Below, in pieces: positions 23,801-30,254 of a stretch of 64,000 nucleotides of DNA; the stretch's first letter is position 1; the number at the start of each line of letters is the position of its first letter. The position numbers were made by a program, and so were the translations under genes. The stretch lies in the IMG/VR virus record IMGVR_UViG_3300025769_000086, one strand, 5' to 3'. The notes under the pieces were generated by a model. That model did not search any database, was not told where the DNA came from, and worked only from the letters and a program-made list of their open reading frames with translations. The stretch comes from an uncultured virus (IMG/VR IMGVR_UViG_3300025769_000086) (lineage: Duplodnaviria > Heunggongvirae > Uroviricota > Caudoviricetes).

Positions 23801-26800
23801 TAGACGGTTGGAAGAATGAATCTTTGCAAACTTCATATGAATTACACGATAAGACACTTTTCTTCCATGTAACTAAAATGGGTCATTCTCATACACATCG
23901 ATATCCTACAGTGTATACTCATACTTCCGGTATAGAAACTGATACAGTATCCGTATCTAGTTGGAATGCAACAACTAACGCTTTAGTCATAGATGCTACA
24001 CTGAATACTAACGTATTTAATGCAGGTTTTGGTACTAAAGAGGTAAAAGATAGTAGAAAGTTCTTAAGAGTGTATAATCCAACTACTGATGAAGGTGTTG
24101 TTTGTTCTTACACTTCACAAGGTAGCACAACACTTACCGTAGTAGGTGATGTAGACTTTGCTACGTTTATGGCTGGACAGACTGTAACTGACCTCAAAGT
24201 AGTTCCTTCTTACTATGTACCTGCTGGTAGTGCTAGATTCTTTGCTGCTCGTAGAATGCGTGACCATGCTGAAGTAAGCGGTAGTTCTCCTGATATGGCA
24301 CATACTCAGTATACTGGTAATGAAACGGTAGCCTATAACAGATATAGTAAACCAGTACTCACGCCAATGCCTTATCCTAGAATGGGGCATCACTTTGTTA
24401 CTCCAACAATGCCTATGCTGCCCGGTCACTGGTCACATCCAGCGTATCAAAGTCTTTACAAGAAACATCGTGCTCAACAAAGATTGCAGAAAAAATTCTT
24501 AGATAGTGCAACAATACAAGATGTTTACGACACTGAAGAAAAGAAAACTAACACTACGTTAGTTGAAGATTTTATTAATCCCTTAGAATCAGAAATAAAC
24601 TTTAGTGGAATAAATGCTGCCCCTAGTGGTCCTAGTGACATTCATGGAGGTGCATTCACTCTAATGTTTGAAACTGCTATCAAATACGATGGTTACGGTG
24701 TTTTAGCCTCTACAGGGTTAGGCGGAGATATCAATAAAGTAGGTGGACACACTGTTGTTTTAGAGGCAGCAGCATACTATACGTTAGGATATCATTTTCC
24801 TGACCCTGCTGAAGTAGGTGCATATCAAATTATTATACAACCTAATCTACATGTCAACCAAATACGTGGTTACAGTGCTAACACACAATCTGTTGGTAAA
24901 GGTATGACATATCAACAAGTCAATACAGTAGTCGGTATTGCTGACCATAGTTCACAAACAGGGGCTATAAGTTTGATTTTAGAAAAAGCCACTGATGCAG
25001 ATGTAAGGGGTTGTGAAATTTTTATTAACGAAACAATGTTAGATGTAAGCCCGGATTATGGTAGTCAATTTACAAATATACCTCCTTTATTACTTTACAA
25101 TCCATTTGGTGTTAACTTAAATGAAACTCCTTCATTTACTAGACAAGGATTTCCTTATTCACCTATGTTTTCTGACGCTACACCTGCATATACTTTGAAT
25201 ATTCCATGGTGGACTATACTTTTTGATAATATAGATTATAATTCTAGTAATTATATTACAGATTTAGATGATTATAGTAATTATATAGGTATATCTCAAT
25301 ATGCACCTCATAATTATTATCAATTTAGTAAAAGTACTTATGGGAGTATAGGAAATCAATTAACAATACAAGGATATCCTTCAATATATCCAAATATATA
25401 TTCTCGTACTTTACAAAATATATCTTTAATACCTCAATGTACTGTAATATCTTTTTCACAAGGTGATGGTACTATAACAGTAGATGATGCAAGCGTTTTA
25501 CCTAGAACACCTCTTTTCGGTCAAAAATTAATATATCAGGCTGAAAATGGTGCTACATATATCAGAGAATATATTCGACGTTCTGGTGATGCTCGTGATG
25601 AAATTAATTTACCTAATACAATACATCTTAATGTTAATAATGATGCGTTTTGGGATAATTTATTTGCCGGTGCTGTTATTTCATTAACTACAACAGGCTC
25701 TCTTAACGACCCGTATACTCATTTAATAGATAAGAAAAAGAATGTTTTTGCTCACTTTTTGCCGGATTTGATTAATGGTAGTCAGGATACTACATCTCTA
25801 CATCTACCCGATGCTTTCCTTTGTAAATCACATCCAAACTTAGGTAGACCTTACACATATTTTTCTGATGATGATTCTAGGGCTTGGAATGGTAATGCTG
25901 TAGATGCTGCTATGTATAATTCTCTACCTGAACATTTTGAAACATTCCATTATTTCGCTGCATCCTATTCTATGAGTTATGGACCATTTTACATGGATAT
26001 TAAGTCTCCCAACACTACTAAAGATGGGTCTGTAACGTATAATAGCGATAATACCGATGTTGGTGATGATGGTGGCAATATCACTTATCATAGATTATGG
26101 CCGTGTGGTAGTCGTGGAGGTCCACAAGCAAGTAGTTTAGATGAATACATGATTGCTGTTTTATCATGGCACTATCCCGGCGAACATGGTAGTTTAGATT
26201 TCAATATTAGCGATAAAGGGTATGATAGTAGCAGTAGTGGTAGTTATACTGACAGTTCAACAAAAGGTCTTAGATTAGGTTGGGAGGGAGGTACAGGTGC
26301 TAGAAGTAGTACTGAAAGACGAAGTTACGGTTATAGAATAGCGTTAAGACAGGCTTTAAACAAACCTAGATGGGGAATTCATAGTCTTAGATACTTTTCA
26401 GAGATTGCATCTGGGTCATCTGCAAGTGGTAATGCAGTGTTAACAACTGATTATCACTCCGGTCCACTTGTACAAGAATTCAAGTATGGTGTAATGAATG
26501 ATGCACCTACTTGGATTTACGGTGGTGGAGGCTCAGATACCTCTAATGTGGGTGCTTTAGGGCAAACCTATGTAGGTGTAATGGAAACTGCTACTAACTT
26601 TACAGGTATGTTAGGAATAGATAAACCTGAGAATCTTGTTCGCTATAGTGATGGTCGCAGAATGACAAGACCATACGGTGCTCCTGTGCGTACTATACGC
26701 AATCCTGCTGGTACTCGTAGGGATTGGTGGGGTGATGGCGAAGGAAAGGGCATAGAACGCCTCTCTAAAGCCTCTGAGTACTATCTGATAGATTGGTGGG

Positions 26801-28380
26801 CAAACGAGCGTGGAGAGGACGTTAGACGTGCTCCTGTGCGTGGATTTGGTATTAGACCAGCGTGGGATTGTGGTGATGCCTACGAATATGATAGAACTAA
26901 CAACAGAAGTCCGTATGATAGAGTTTGGAACAATGGTAAACCTATCTTTAACATGAAGGGTATAGTTAACCTTAGTACTGGTGCGGTTAGTATTAGTTCA
27001 GGTTACACTATTCCAAGATTTGGCGGTACTGATAATGATGCTAATCTAAACGGTAATGACAATGATTTAGTTGATGTATTTGCACCTACACATGCTATGA
27101 GGATTGGTGATATGGGTAATGGTAGAGGGGTAAGGTATCCTACTCACTTCAATGAAGACATTCTTACAGCACTTTCAGCACCTGTAGAAAAGACTGGTAT
27201 GGTACTAAGTACACATACAGCAGAACCTCTATTCGGTAAAGGGTTGTTACGCCCCCGTAACGCTGTACTGCAAGCCGATGAACTACCTAGAGGAATCAGT
27301 GATACGCTAGATATTTCAGACGATGGATTGCTAAAACCGGAGGCTACAGTAAGTCCAAGGACAGAAAAAATTGTAGGAACATCCGTTCATGTGGATGCAA
27401 TATCAAGAAGTAGCCCTAGAATCGGTGTAGATGGCGATATTTTAAGTGGTGTTGAAACGAATCATATTGTTATTAATACAGAGGCTCACAGTCTACATAC
27501 AGACAGGAATATTGGTCAAAGAATCGTGCTTGAAGGGGCTTTACAGCCCGATATTGGGAATGGTAACACTTTATCCTTAACTGATTTAAATTTAACAACT
27601 ATATCTTTTGCACGTCAAAGTCGTGGTGCTCCTATAAATTCTGCATTAAGATTCACTCATACACAACCATTTAGACCGTATGGTGGCGTTTATATTATGG
27701 AAAGTAAAGTACATGCAGGATTGTTTGATGATACAGGATGGGGTAGAAATAATTTAGCAGGTGTAGAAAAAACTACTAACCCATATCAAAATAGTACTTT
27801 AAAATTAAATACAAAACGTAATAACCAAAATGATAAAAGTGTTAAATTTATGTTAAAAAGTATAAAACTATTAGATAATAAACATATACAATTATTTAGA
27901 TTAAATAATGATTTACATAGTAGTTCTCCACAATATGCATTAAATTATTTATATTCTACAAGTGCTGGAAAATATGGTTTATTTAATTACGAAGTACCTA
28001 CTACAAGTGCAAATACACCTTATGCAACTGGTATAGTACCAAATACTAATGGTCCATATCATCCGGTATTTTTGTTTGATAGTACAGGTTCTAATTTTGA
28101 AATACCCGATTGTTTTGGTCCTAAATTATTAGGTTCTAGTGTAAGTGGTTTTGATAACACTTCTTTAAGTGAAGCGGTAACAAGACTTGTTATTAGTGAA
28201 AATACTTTACAACACCATCGTTCAGATGCTGCTAGAAGGAGGCAAGAATTAGATACTGATGATGCTGTGACTGGTTTAGATTTCACAGTAAAACCTAGAT
28301 TTAGTCAGTCTTTACACCCTAAAGGACATAAAGGAGATGTAACTTTTGGTACAAGTGACCACAGTGGAGATGGTGCTTAA
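11827..28380 (+). CDS. Giant virion protein (~5,517 aa) with N-terminal LamG/concanavalin-A-like domain
   Basis: Single 16.5-kb ORF; ATG 11827 (MPVIS) directly after the upstream stop; AFFFDG..ITIEAWV.P..HVIATFN..VQLYING..F.G.M lectin signature. Confidence 0.8.
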   Translation: MPVISTTNHAFFFDGVTDSIIIPQGNSSTDNTSRGLFNSNPNSGSDNILSLTDEITIEAWVVPDCGGVIVEKENCFSLSLGNVDTPGPAVFNLNLLDTEKNEIETIQLTTAYLTSNGYDGTIFPPSTFTGIHDSYNRFNSSYDDATTLNINHRPLMHVIATFNSKKVQLYINGILMAEQTLYNDKFILLKNNNPIFVGGKGGKFRGIMEAIHLCTSFTNDMVQGEVPTVKDDTLLLFRFEEPIAPIESVYPLNLSASADSTTIYLSTTNAASLATELTGSSQTSGTIDFTISPYSSGNYTITQSTKTATTSHSVPHVPYNLLLNPNGINLDTLKPSQKPPERVRLESINIDTGALTISSIHLDFATNSNGKRGLLHAYSELDKPKFIVLGADLLIDSGTSRPYQPPHFSSQAIDRTGQMVIDESDLENHGFVFSSNMATTVNDTDNPFAALWPTTLDEGYQIGHSGRHIKNHVKGHTFLRMLPRAEREIIDLKGGGQVDLVDVVYDNTREGIKDQIPVNSEVDVYRDAGTYDIKNVINSSTVTAVYNDFQDVTVSDGKEKLIALGGTTFDYRPFMLKGQVPTYGTTPDANTRKHHLRPSKESRVALLHIPLLRSTYNHAPFIEVHYNAIDLTGASMNSYDGSTRVNTAQPLLMVEKTVPASNTAFVNGDTTAYLYDIIVSQISSLGSLTLYSPGGYVEFDSLESDNVFAVNELVGDNSEGYDADDDLDESYTPANFTPYAQGLVGNSPPKIVLESSSQNESHPSIFNKVYFPKIETSKNLTTSSNITRIEPEVNVGSPSDGQFDTGVSGVSSSIHEFFDVIDNIMDVDNPSVADMALIIQPCDRTRTNQLAHIKHALDDSNDVNQMSLLYLLNRAVIRGIKETNDEDGSFTIIECEGIFTPFVSQSIDFKGKGSPDSHIVKEIEPNAPVVTVTLGGPGQGAVDTKPTYDESKLSRLPFSSRRSYSVRADYLNTTSGGSITVSPLNNHSNDMKSWGTYGFPKVGYVYFEDGSKARYQSKSGNTFTFQSGAADIGSGYYVAHDGTEFTFIKRLLRYIGYISNSDSTILQINRTLYSEPDFGDESLIDNGSTVNDRMFQKMNGVNHDYQLGTQFASTRALAEIPFFDNQFFGKHVGPNNSFKIHLDATMTAHSYNPSPVGKRPIDLPPADREVESAYSFGDNNPFTSTVIESLSGNNLVVKDINIFPTPEVAVSYQQITNDTTSRYRKVFLPSGDWAFYSAITENTKTLTLVYPSANFRQNAIAGTPVTVGGPNTNDGAIVLASDSFTPSSEYEDRSNTYYDSASVKTQGGNVDYGMRQYVSAVEFKEGPETNPHAEKIQTKRASAVIGSVNVIGTTATRGSILEITLSDEDMELFPDIGIDNLSDLVTGTGETFYEVQCVHPSSKKLLKFHYYGTLNKYNNFDITVGNSGFTVQGDNTSIILYYYEGFTTAQALAGNNTYPDFSVLAGEKMTLVGKRRRVFYDNFVSTKSSITKNIASNVHEKMGIFNELVANVKIDTNIAITAYSTTNKTVTVNPVDDVGLFDLSGLNVRKGDVLFAYKTSSTEERYATIGTVDSIAVHSDSSVVITLSDSDLKAIANVTDYKLGVGCDDFDDVDAILNKTWVNPYASGGLRNGDTIWGNMSYNNPHATEGLFFKSRGVLNEAQVWTGFNNGEGNLNSNPRDSIPLENFLIGNTCLETARNFAQHVNKTIEENYKSLGLTAAEAPTVAYVDPYLSNEGHARVLLYDVAHDREFIAFQDLHMQVQSELQTTHIGWNRYVVKDTDTTRTDLHSYLASYNGSSPSAWTTQIDVTNGYPSQNRFIRSTQQSKFIESAYAHDLPNKQAYNLTSNYISSTNTTPKYNRYSRLYGKGHGHFVHTEYSLQGASSGYTFSNSLPPQTTSHVSISKIADDYHKLSRRKGNDFISQLIKIRNATTACSFRDPSTFFDTPDGTRVIPAFLSLKGIRSETLSLDNHEESRLQHLPQWKDMGFVRRLSIDAGSIGLKTRNSLEAAEEIVRTINQYAALNARLSDGSSAHDPSPFWDTKQSFSSAQKGTHMGYLRAHIGRAVTDRNGVNGWTVVIHSTVPGASGRNFCVWLDNSQGQTEYQPEFIIGHGGRWRNFWALPEDIQGENMHPAPMPLNKHGRPFAPITTLQQYLEDENEENVIAVTDYGTDEEHTIQSVSDVISGQMHNTSIPKSFESEGSPSTLIQGLRTGKSAIARVNFGGLVATGVPGFTDVAGKWGYGTFSTEDKARYGNNVASSYSSHVSNAEKIKLAKGESKRDLYGFRFEDHLGNNYGVRFIYRERENTRGGRESFVKKTEDLPSTISQEICVFFNDKDVSQGGFTIGKNMSGSGDATGMLDTGDATNPVIETWTGNLWNAVNAPEATVRVNVTENTNESKLKIVGLEPFDASFTTDGKLNYLGFPKNGGLLQISDIDGTGNANVGKVFHYTHQDGSYFYGITPSVADWNITNDPYIISPVLNRTTLVTDELMAAVTAAAINATSPTTFDCTHMYTTDGKTFGEWGVKPDSIVITPFSNDGKYLSESFSASVHPDLGIQAAHLEFGEQKSISIDLNVDDDNLEGVISIATPNHIVTDAKLDLGKKVDCGYIPRTLLQIVTKSKGRHTNTPTPVFVNSTNNPVDTTAWKNNLNGVTFTRSSGDHILPKIDSPQFRFDSNSSWGSQRLDGVTNAELWNFLIPSDSSTASGMKAFGEKKRAYFVDDSAPFLVCSMIVQSQQGADSEKKLIFNTNTGINLPSSAPGNSQILTLFGDERAREFAGLRTLGSVFSEPITFFKGGKSSPDHSVPVFFGGGFTGVTLDVNDGTTNDYSSFYTHPYASGPTGTAGIQNANEISTSFAMLDCNAMFAFFPGTPLCNQHRGSLMPPFFNQDNMLTPDLDRGGTSYTRGVVKAKPIPLVMRFAHPTARYEDHRDGTDNKTTYMIFGPGQAFPFTGVHDSTGTENVNEPFSGRIITSGNTWSRVPRFTGNKQAFPNHITNTDGDYLPEDITYYNANTAYHWKAIVNWETPAGHPRRTMYQRPAHGRHYGQIYTITDGSSTGSQVNGVMPLRHTPAVGFGITMGADTVFHMDGGLHAGGSWLDNQLTFNPVHPKKNTRIVGGNSSTTWTRDNQIHPTAFRVAGPLTGRILDYSGSETVSSSDSKLEYIVVDATRCQNGEELATVLGAAINAFPGAGALKSLGGTHMPSMGNAMRQDRYGWVDTGAIGTYDTTNKFVESATTTNRDLLENLPASGWLKSAIDTVDNANSNTQSACYHAKEILVVDAAAGTFKARFRLAQHKKAAANGAFDVNTSPDGNLFVWSKAGTIRFNNEDDSTRDHMTQVHFSGIVDAVDRTKPIGAVGWAGERYSYLNSLKVGTEGYGAGLGAHHSMLSFAPYGTASTMITTLSQLPHTYPLFDTPESVPPIDGVVADLDNYLDSFYSGGFKIAGASTRSYSLIQTDSATTHHNYSNTPINFNKTNGQTSSSEILPDTLSQPVGLYGSAFLVVSYESESALIAKYDRDGITATGDWLQIHGVSSDAITYAGTTLWDERFHGQDRFIAPANAGPNVEALIVHDMVVPKSTAFESDVTWVDTLFPTGATKHMHGSVSSDLELENATPDRAKTGDLIYDLDYSAGSYNLEPETAGPVESITVSATGSGYSTGFAATTGGNGSGCRVNVVSVSTGALNSVTLASAGTGYEVGDVLTVAGGSGGTVTVGRINNLVERNVASHHHTTSYQANKSATYWMGDVNAYQIYENSAIKNFNTENVVWKRMDGGNLSLPAINARGLGAVPFMTRVASNTAYTTGEKIFGNVRFSFETTNSAMLPILQAQELSHPQLAARYPLKVENVLQIPNEEIQFDSINVLDDSGQVHKIEGGSPFGTIIRGYRLIEDRTTKGTAPSLANSGKPSNLKITLPNPDSIPGNIVVRSGFDPIQAYQNETFGSGGMLHADLGVSAPSSDNKLERFFDNTVKGPRQAPNYENHNWEHIDPLTYKSTLDGWKNESLQTSYELHDKTLFFHVTKMGHSHTHRYPTVYTHTSGIETDTVSVSSWNATTNALVIDATLNTNVFNAGFGTKEVKDSRKFLRVYNPTTDEGVVCSYTSQGSTTLTVVGDVDFATFMAGQTVTDLKVVPSYYVPAGSARFFAARRMRDHAEVSGSSPDMAHTQYTGNETVAYNRYSKPVLTPMPYPRMGHHFVTPTMPMLPGHWSHPAYQSLYKKHRAQQRLQKKFLDSATIQDVYDTEEKKTNTTLVEDFINPLESEINFSGINAAPSGPSDIHGGAFTLMFETAIKYDGYGVLASTGLGGDINKVGGHTVVLEAAAYYTLGYHFPDPAEVGAYQIIIQPNLHVNQIRGYSANTQSVGKGMTYQQVNTVVGIADHSSQTGAISLILEKATDADVRGCEIFINETMLDVSPDYGSQFTNIPPLLLYNPFGVNLNETPSFTRQGFPYSPMFSDATPAYTLNIPWWTILFDNIDYNSSNYITDLDDYSNYIGISQYAPHNYYQFSKSTYGSIGNQLTIQGYPSIYPNIYSRTLQNISLIPQCTVISFSQGDGTITVDDASVLPRTPLFGQKLIYQAENGATYIREYIRRSGDARDEINLPNTIHLNVNNDAFWDNLFAGAVISLTTTGSLNDPYTHLIDKKKNVFAHFLPDLINGSQDTTSLHLPDAFLCKSHPNLGRPYTYFSDDDSRAWNGNAVDAAMYNSLPEHFETFHYFAASYSMSYGPFYMDIKSPNTTKDGSVTYNSDNTDVGDDGGNITYHRLWPCGSRGGPQASSLDEYMIAVLSWHYPGEHGSLDFNISDKGYDSSSSGSYTDSSTKGLRLGWEGGTGARSSTERRSYGYRIALRQALNKPRWGIHSLRYFSEIASGSSASGNAVLTTDYHSGPLVQEFKYGVMNDAPTWIYGGGGSDTSNVGALGQTYVGVMETATNFTGMLGIDKPENLVRYSDGRRMTRPYGAPVRTIRNPAGTRRDWWGDGEGKGIERLSKASEYYLIDWWANERGEDVRRAPVRGFGIRPAWDCGDAYEYDRTNNRSPYDRVWNNGKPIFNMKGIVNLSTGAVSISSGYTIPRFGGTDNDANLNGNDNDLVDVFAPTHAMRIGDMGNGRGVRYPTHFNEDILTALSAPVEKTGMVLSTHTAEPLFGKGLLRPRNAVLQADELPRGISDTLDISDDGLLKPEATVSPRTEKIVGTSVHVDAISRSSPRIGVDGDILSGVETNHIVINTEAHSLHTDRNIGQRIVLEGALQPDIGNGNTLSLTDLNLTTISFARQSRGAPINSALRFTHTQPFRPYGGVYIMESKVHAGLFDDTGWGRNNLAGVEKTTNPYQNSTLKLNTKRNNQNDKSVKFMLKSIKLLDNKHIQLFRLNNDLHSSSPQYALNYLYSTSAGKYGLFNYEVPTTSANTPYATGIVPNTNGPYHPVFLFDSTGSNFEIPDCFGPKLLGSSVSGFDNTSLSEAVTRLVISENTLQHHRSDAARRRQELDTDDAVTGLDFTVKPRFSQSLHPKGHKGDVTFGTSDHSGDGA

Positions 28381-29909
28381 TGGGTTCAAAAAGTGGCCGT
28401 ATAGAATCTACTAAGGGTAGATGGGAAGAAGAATGTGATACTCTAATGGCAGATGTAAGAAAGCCTGTTTTTGTTGATAATGCTGTACATTTTGCTAAAG
28501 TTGATGTTCACAGTTTAGATGGTAAACATAAGGTTACAATAGAATCTGAAAATAAAAATGAGTACAAACTTGCTACTGAGAAAACCTATCAATACGTAGA
28601 ATCTGGTGATTCTTTGTTAATAACGCATTTTGAAACACCCGGCCATTCCTTAAAAAGCGATATTTGGACACCGGAGGGTAGAAATGTTACAACTAAAATT
28701 GTATTTTCTTCTTTAAATCCTCAAAAAAGATTGACTACTAGTACACAGAGTAGTACTTCTAATGGTCTGTTATTAGAACTTCGCAATATGAGGAAAAGAA
28801 CATTAACAGATTTAGGGTTTAGCCCTACTCCGATTTATCATGATGCTTTCATTAGACAGGGAATAAGAGATGGGGTGATTGACCCTCTGACGTTAAATCC
28901 ACCTTTATCTTTACATTTTGGTAGAACGGTAGATATAGGTTTTAGAACTACAGATTTAGTATTAAAAATGACATCTCAAATGGAAGATTCTGCTACATCT
29001 GTGGGTATTGGTGAAACTATGAATTTGACTAGTGCTGGTACAAATAGAAGAAAACACAGTAATGTATTTCTTGCTCATGATTTCAATTCTATGAATGCTA
29101 TAACTGCTCTAAATTTAATTTCAAAATACGATAATAGGTCATTAAATATGAATAAATACGGTAATTTACAATATATTCCAGCATCTCATCAAAAAGTACC
29201 TTCTTTGTTGTTAGAAGAGAAAAGGCGTGGTACAGAGAATACAAATCCTCTGAATGATAGAGAGAATAGAGTAACTATACAAGGTGTTCCTTCTACTTTG
29301 AATGATGATGTAATAATTACTATGGAAGATGCTGAAAGTCAACAAAGTAAGTTTAATGTGAATGTTAGAGAACAAATTGCTCCTACAATCGATGTTACTG
29401 TAAAAACATCAGAAGCCGCTAGAAAAGTAGCACGAAAGGTGTTACAGACAAATAAACTTGCGAAGGGTGCTATTGATAGTAGAGGACATCCCGATGCTTG
29501 GAAGTATAGACCCGGTGATTTGGTTTCTTACAAGGGTGAAATTTTATCTATTATCGATGCAAAACACGATACACGAAAAAATCTGAGTGATTTTAAGTTT
29601 GTTTCTTCAACAAGTGGTTTGAGTGGTGTATTACATATGTTATCTCAAAATTCAGCATTGAATGTGGCAACTCGTATGCCTGAAAAAACTACTCAAATAA
29701 GAGATTACAATTTTTCATTCTTCAATTCTTTAGAAGTAAAAGTAATACCATCCATACTTGTGCGGTCAGTAGCAGAGGAGAAAATTTTGTTAGGTCAACA
29801 CGCCGGAAGGAGAAGTATTGGAGGTGCTGCTACAATAAGTGGTAGTACTACTGTTTCTAGTATTGGATTAAACAAAGGAGTCTATATTGATATAGAAGGT
29901 GATTATTAA
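28380..29909 (+). CDS. Putative baseplate hub / tail tip protein
   Basis: TAATG-coupled; NRVTIQG, A..VA...L, YRPGDLV pattern of hub proteins; position. Confidence 0.45.
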   Translation: MGSKSGRIESTKGRWEEECDTLMADVRKPVFVDNAVHFAKVDVHSLDGKHKVTIESENKNEYKLATEKTYQYVESGDSLLITHFETPGHSLKSDIWTPEGRNVTTKIVFSSLNPQKRLTTSTQSSTSNGLLLELRNMRKRTLTDLGFSPTPIYHDAFIRQGIRDGVIDPLTLNPPLSLHFGRTVDIGFRTTDLVLKMTSQMEDSATSVGIGETMNLTSAGTNRRKHSNVFLAHDFNSMNAITALNLISKYDNRSLNMNKYGNLQYIPASHQKVPSLLLEEKRRGTENTNPLNDRENRVTIQGVPSTLNDDVIITMEDAESQQSKFNVNVREQIAPTIDVTVKTSEAARKVARKVLQTNKLAKGAIDSRGHPDAWKYRPGDLVSYKGEILSIIDAKHDTRKNLSDFKFVSSTSGLSGVLHMLSQNSALNVATRMPEKTTQIRDYNFSFFNSLEVKVIPSILVRSVAEEKILLGQHAGRRSIGGAATISGSTTVSSIGLNKGVYIDIEGDY

Positions 29910-30253
29910 TGCCCGTAAACGACCACTTGAAGCGACTTATGGTAGAAACAATTGCCGATAATATAAATGAATTAACATTGGGTTTTGATGGTACACCTTC
30001 TACAAGTAGCGATGGTAGTGCAGGAAGACCTGCGTTAACCCTGTCTCCAACTGTTAAAGTGATAGATAACTCTACATTATTGGTAGAAGCAGATATTCCT
30101 ACAACATATGCTTTCGATGAAAGTTTGAAGGAAGTTTATATTCAAATGCGTACTAGTACTGGATTTACACCAGTATCAAGACATGTTTTTAGACCAATAT
30201 TGAAAACAGACACAAATGAAATGAAAATACAATTACTAATCGAGGTGAAATAA
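29909..30253 (+). CDS. Small tail/baseplate protein (fibre attachment-like)
   Basis: AGGTGA RBS; 114 aa directly before fibre genes. Confidence 0.5.
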   Translation: MPVNDHLKRLMVETIADNINELTLGFDGTPSTSSDGSAGRPALTLSPTVKVIDNSTLLVEADIPTTYAFDESLKEVYIQMRTSTGFTPVSRHVFRPILKTDTNEMKIQLLIEVK

Positions 30254-30254
30254 T

